From Antedon mediterranea (Eukaryota > Animalia > Echinodermata): a DNA stretch of 64,000 nt. The position numbers and the translations under genes were made by a program. The stretch lies in NCBI RefSeq assembly GCF_964355755.1, contig NC_092677.1, positions 10,810,101 to 10,874,100 of the forward strand. Reading direction: 5' to 3'. Under the pieces are notes generated by a model, which worked only from the letters and a program-made list of their open reading frames with translations, was not told the origin of the DNA and ran no database searches. Below are positions 60,613 to 64,000 of this stretch, piece after piece. The first letter of the stretch is position 1. Every line of letters starts with the position of its first letter.

Positions 60613-62778
60613 ATGGCATACAATAATCGTCTCGAGCAGAAACCTCAGTTAGAAAACTGTTTTCCTGGACCATCAGGTAATATTTAGAGTGTTTTATTGT
60701 ACATTATATAATAATGATTCTATATATTTAAGATAAATGTAGAATTTGTGCTAATTAATAAGCAAAAAGAGGTTAATTTACTCAGTTAGGCTAGGCCCAC
60801 GTTTACTTTTCTGTATTTTAAATCCAGGCAAGTAAAAACAGCGGAGCAGAGTCTCTCCGGACGGCCGGGAGATCTCGCCAACAATGGCCTAAATTTGCAT
60901 ATGTAGGCCTGTCTAGAAAGTTGAGTAAATCTAAAATTAACAGCCTATATTATTTTATTGACAGATAAAACGATAATGATATGATTGAAAAATGTAAGCC
61001 CTGTGTTTGTATGTAGGCCCTGTGTTTGTATGTAGGCCTAGTATGGTCACTAAACTAAGAAAACGGAATTAATTAAATAAACAATTCAATGTTTTTGCAA
61101 TTAAAAGCAGTTTTTGACGCGTGTGTGTATACTAGTCTATATTCTATCTATTAAATTATAAATTATTCATTCTTTTTATAATTCTTTTTTATCATTCATA
61201 TCTATCGTTGGACATATTGATTAAATAAATTAATTGATTTTAGGAGAAGATGCAGAATATATGGACTTCCAAGAAGAAGACCTTGCCAAGTCTGTGTAAG
61301 TACTAAAAATGTGTGATAACGATTTTATTAGAGAAAACCATGGGGTTACTCCATGAGATAACTAAAAAAAGTAGAAAAAGATATTTTTAAAAATATATTT
61401 AAAAATGAATTTAATTTTTTTTTATTAACAGATCCAGTATTGCAGACACAAAGTTTGATATAACCATTGGACATATAGAGGATATCATAATGGGTAAGTC
61501 TGGGACAATGGAACCATATGATTGTCCTTATGTAATAAATTGATGGATCTTGGGGGTCTCTCAGGGTTGCATAAAGTGTCATACAATTGACATGTGCATA
61601 ATGTCTGAGGTTATCTAACTGGCGATTACAACTCCATAATATAAAGGCTACTTAACTGGCCGACGGTAACACTGTAGACGTTATGTATATACTTTTTTTA
61701 TATTTTAGATGATACATTTCAATTACTTCAACGAGATTTTATGGAAAAACATTACAAAGAATTTGAAGACACTGAAGAAAACAAGCTAATCTACACAGAA
61801 ATATTTAATAATTATGCAAGTTTAAATTTGATTTTCCGAATAAAAACCAGATCTTTGAAAATATTATAAATGTTTTAAGTAACTTTCAATGTATCACTTT
61901 TAAAATTTTCATAAAATAGACAGTCAACTGTAAATGTAATGTAGTATTTTCTATTGATACAGTTGTCTGAATTAAAGAGCAATCTTGTCAATAGACAAAG
62001 GGATATAGAAATATGGTTTGTTGACTGTACTGATAGCCACTTTCCTTGAAAATTTAGTAAACTCCATTTGTTTTACTAGGTCACCTTGCTGAACAAACAT
62101 ATTGAAAATGAACTAACCTCAAGAATACCAGACTTTTCCATGGAAGACTTTGCACAACAATTACAGTAAGTTTCTAATACTACATATAACAAAAAGAGGT
62201 GTGTAGTAAATGAAAACAAACAAACATTTATTGTGTGCTACAGTAGAATTAATATCAGGGTATGTAGAAAAAGAGACACTTCTAAAATGTTGAACGAGTT
62301 GTGCTGTATAAACCAGTCTCGTAAGTAAATAAAATTTATATATTATAATAATAGAATACATAAAATGTATTATTTATATCCATATTGCTTAAATATTTTT
62401 TTCCCGTTTTATAGAAAGAGATCGAAGAAAAAACAGTTGGAAGGCGAGATATTTGAAATGCTTCTAACGTTCAGTGATTTTGTATCATTTAAAGAAATGT
62501 TTTTAGATTACAAAGCAGTAAGTCGATTTTGTTTTTAAGCTCTGTCTACACTATCAAAGTTTATGTGACAAAAAAATGTGATGAGCCCATATGGACATGA
62601 TGATGTCATATCACTACCATATTTGGGCACATCACAGACGAGGTCTCACTGAAACATAAAGCATAAATAAAAAATTATTGTTTTGTTTCAATTACAGGAA
62701 CAAGAAGGGACTGGAATAGATCTGACATCAGGAATAATGGTCACACCATGCAAGTTTCCAGAGCCAACATCAAATTGA
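60613..62778 (+). CDS. ARL2BP: ARL2-binding protein (BART), ~184 aa, 7 coding exons
   Basis: Exons 60613-60676 (least certain), 61244-61295, 61432-61493, 61709-61815 (GC donor), 62080-62165, 62415-62517, 62698-62778. FDITIGHIEDIIMDDTFQLLQRDFMEKHY.EFEDTEENKLIYT, EIFEMLLTFSDFVSFKEMFLDYKA. Confidence 0.92.
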
Positions 62779-63797
62779 ACTTTTAACTTTAATATTTAAG
62801 TATATTGTTTATGCTACAAAAACAGTTTTATCAATACATTATCAGCAATTAAGATCAGGGTATATACAGTGTATTACATCCGATTTTGGTAAACGTACAG
62901 TACCTTATTTTCTTGCATGAATAAGTCTGCAGATAACATGCACATGAATAACTGTACAAGATGGGGTTTTTTTTTTGGGGGGGGGGGGGGTCCTCCTCCT
63001 AAATACCAAGCCCTACCGAACAAAGTGTACTGTACTATCAATAAAGTTCTACTTTTGATTGTAATACTGTATAAAAAATTATCAGTCAACTAATATTGCA
63101 TTGATTACGACAGGAGGAAATACAATGTTGATTGAATTATTGAAACAAAAAAAAAAGCATGATTTTTTTTACTCTAAATATATTCTATTTCCTATATACT
63201 GGTAGGGCTTGGTGTTTAGGAGAACCTGTTTTGTAGTGTTCCACTACAGGTGTGTGGCTGATAATGTAGCCATTTCAGAATTAACTTATGTTGTTGCAAT
63301 ACATTCTATTGACTGTATATGTAGTAACTTTTCCAAATTCTTTAAATTTAAAGTTGTTTAATTATGTAAATAAATGTGTAGTGTTAGACTATTCCTGAAT
63401 TTTTACCTTGAAGTTGTTGAAATAAATAATTGTTTTGTCATTAAAAGTATTTTATTATAGATTATGTAATAGCTAGAAATACACCACACCAGGTTTTATT
63501 ATTTAGATTTTATTGAAAAAGCTTCTTTAGAGCAAATTCCAATCGCATTATGTACATTAACAGTAATTTGTTTTTACAAAAATGAATATGCAAGTTGATG
63601 CATAATGGCTGGGTACCATGTAAAAACAATTATATTTTTTATCTAAAGAAAGGTTTTAAGGTATTGTAAATAATATACATGATCAATTATGTATTTTACA
63701 CCTTTATTTCATGACCACCTTGTCTTTATACAGCTAAGCTAATTTACAATGACATCACCACATTATGTGCACTGGTACACATAAATTGCATGCATCA

Positions 63798-63917
63798 TCA
63801 GTTCATGAGTACTTCTAGCTGGACTAATCTTGCATTGATATCACCTGGCATTCTGTATGGCAACATCCCCGCAAATGTAATCAGAGACTTAGCCTGGCGA
63901 CGTAAATACTCCAAGTA
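63798..63917 (-). CDS. NUP93: Nucleoporin 93, final coding exon (rest of gene lies beyond window)
   Basis: After acceptor ttttcacag: [39 protein letters not shown], matching the NUP93 C-terminus ([28 protein letters not shown]). Too short for the ORF track. Confidence 0.9.
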   Translation of the reverse strand, partial: YLEYLRRQAKSLITFAGMLPYRMPGDINARLVQLEVLMN

Positions 63918-64000
63918 CTGTGAAAATACATAAAATAAAATATTTGAAAGTTGGTTTTAGCATAGGCAGCAAATTAAAAAAAAAATACACATAAAACATT

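Overview
AT-rich, intron-containing animal genomic DNA, probably an invertebrate deuterostome such as an echinoderm (inference from gene content and repeat style). Gene models were built by hand from splice signals and reading-frame continuity. Order: SPATA2-like (-), GAS8/DRC4 (+), MYLIP/IDOL (+), three tandem SP-SRCR-SRCR-EGF-TM receptor genes (-), MCM4 (-), FAAP24 (+), ARL2BP (+), and the last exon of NUP93 (-). The most notable element is the receptor cluster. Two members come from a recent tandem duplication, with divergence concentrated in the distal SRCR domain, and one copy has a last-exon frameshift that removes every cytoplasmic tyrosine, suggesting a signalling/decoy pair. Other features include a 2.0-kb foldback element with ~500-bp TIRs in MCM4 intron 1, a 5S-derived element, a GC-AG intron, several MITE/SINE/LINE remnants, minisatellites, and a recurrent TAGGCCTA-rich tract near most gene 5' ends. 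Gene identities rest on remembered family motifs, not database searches.
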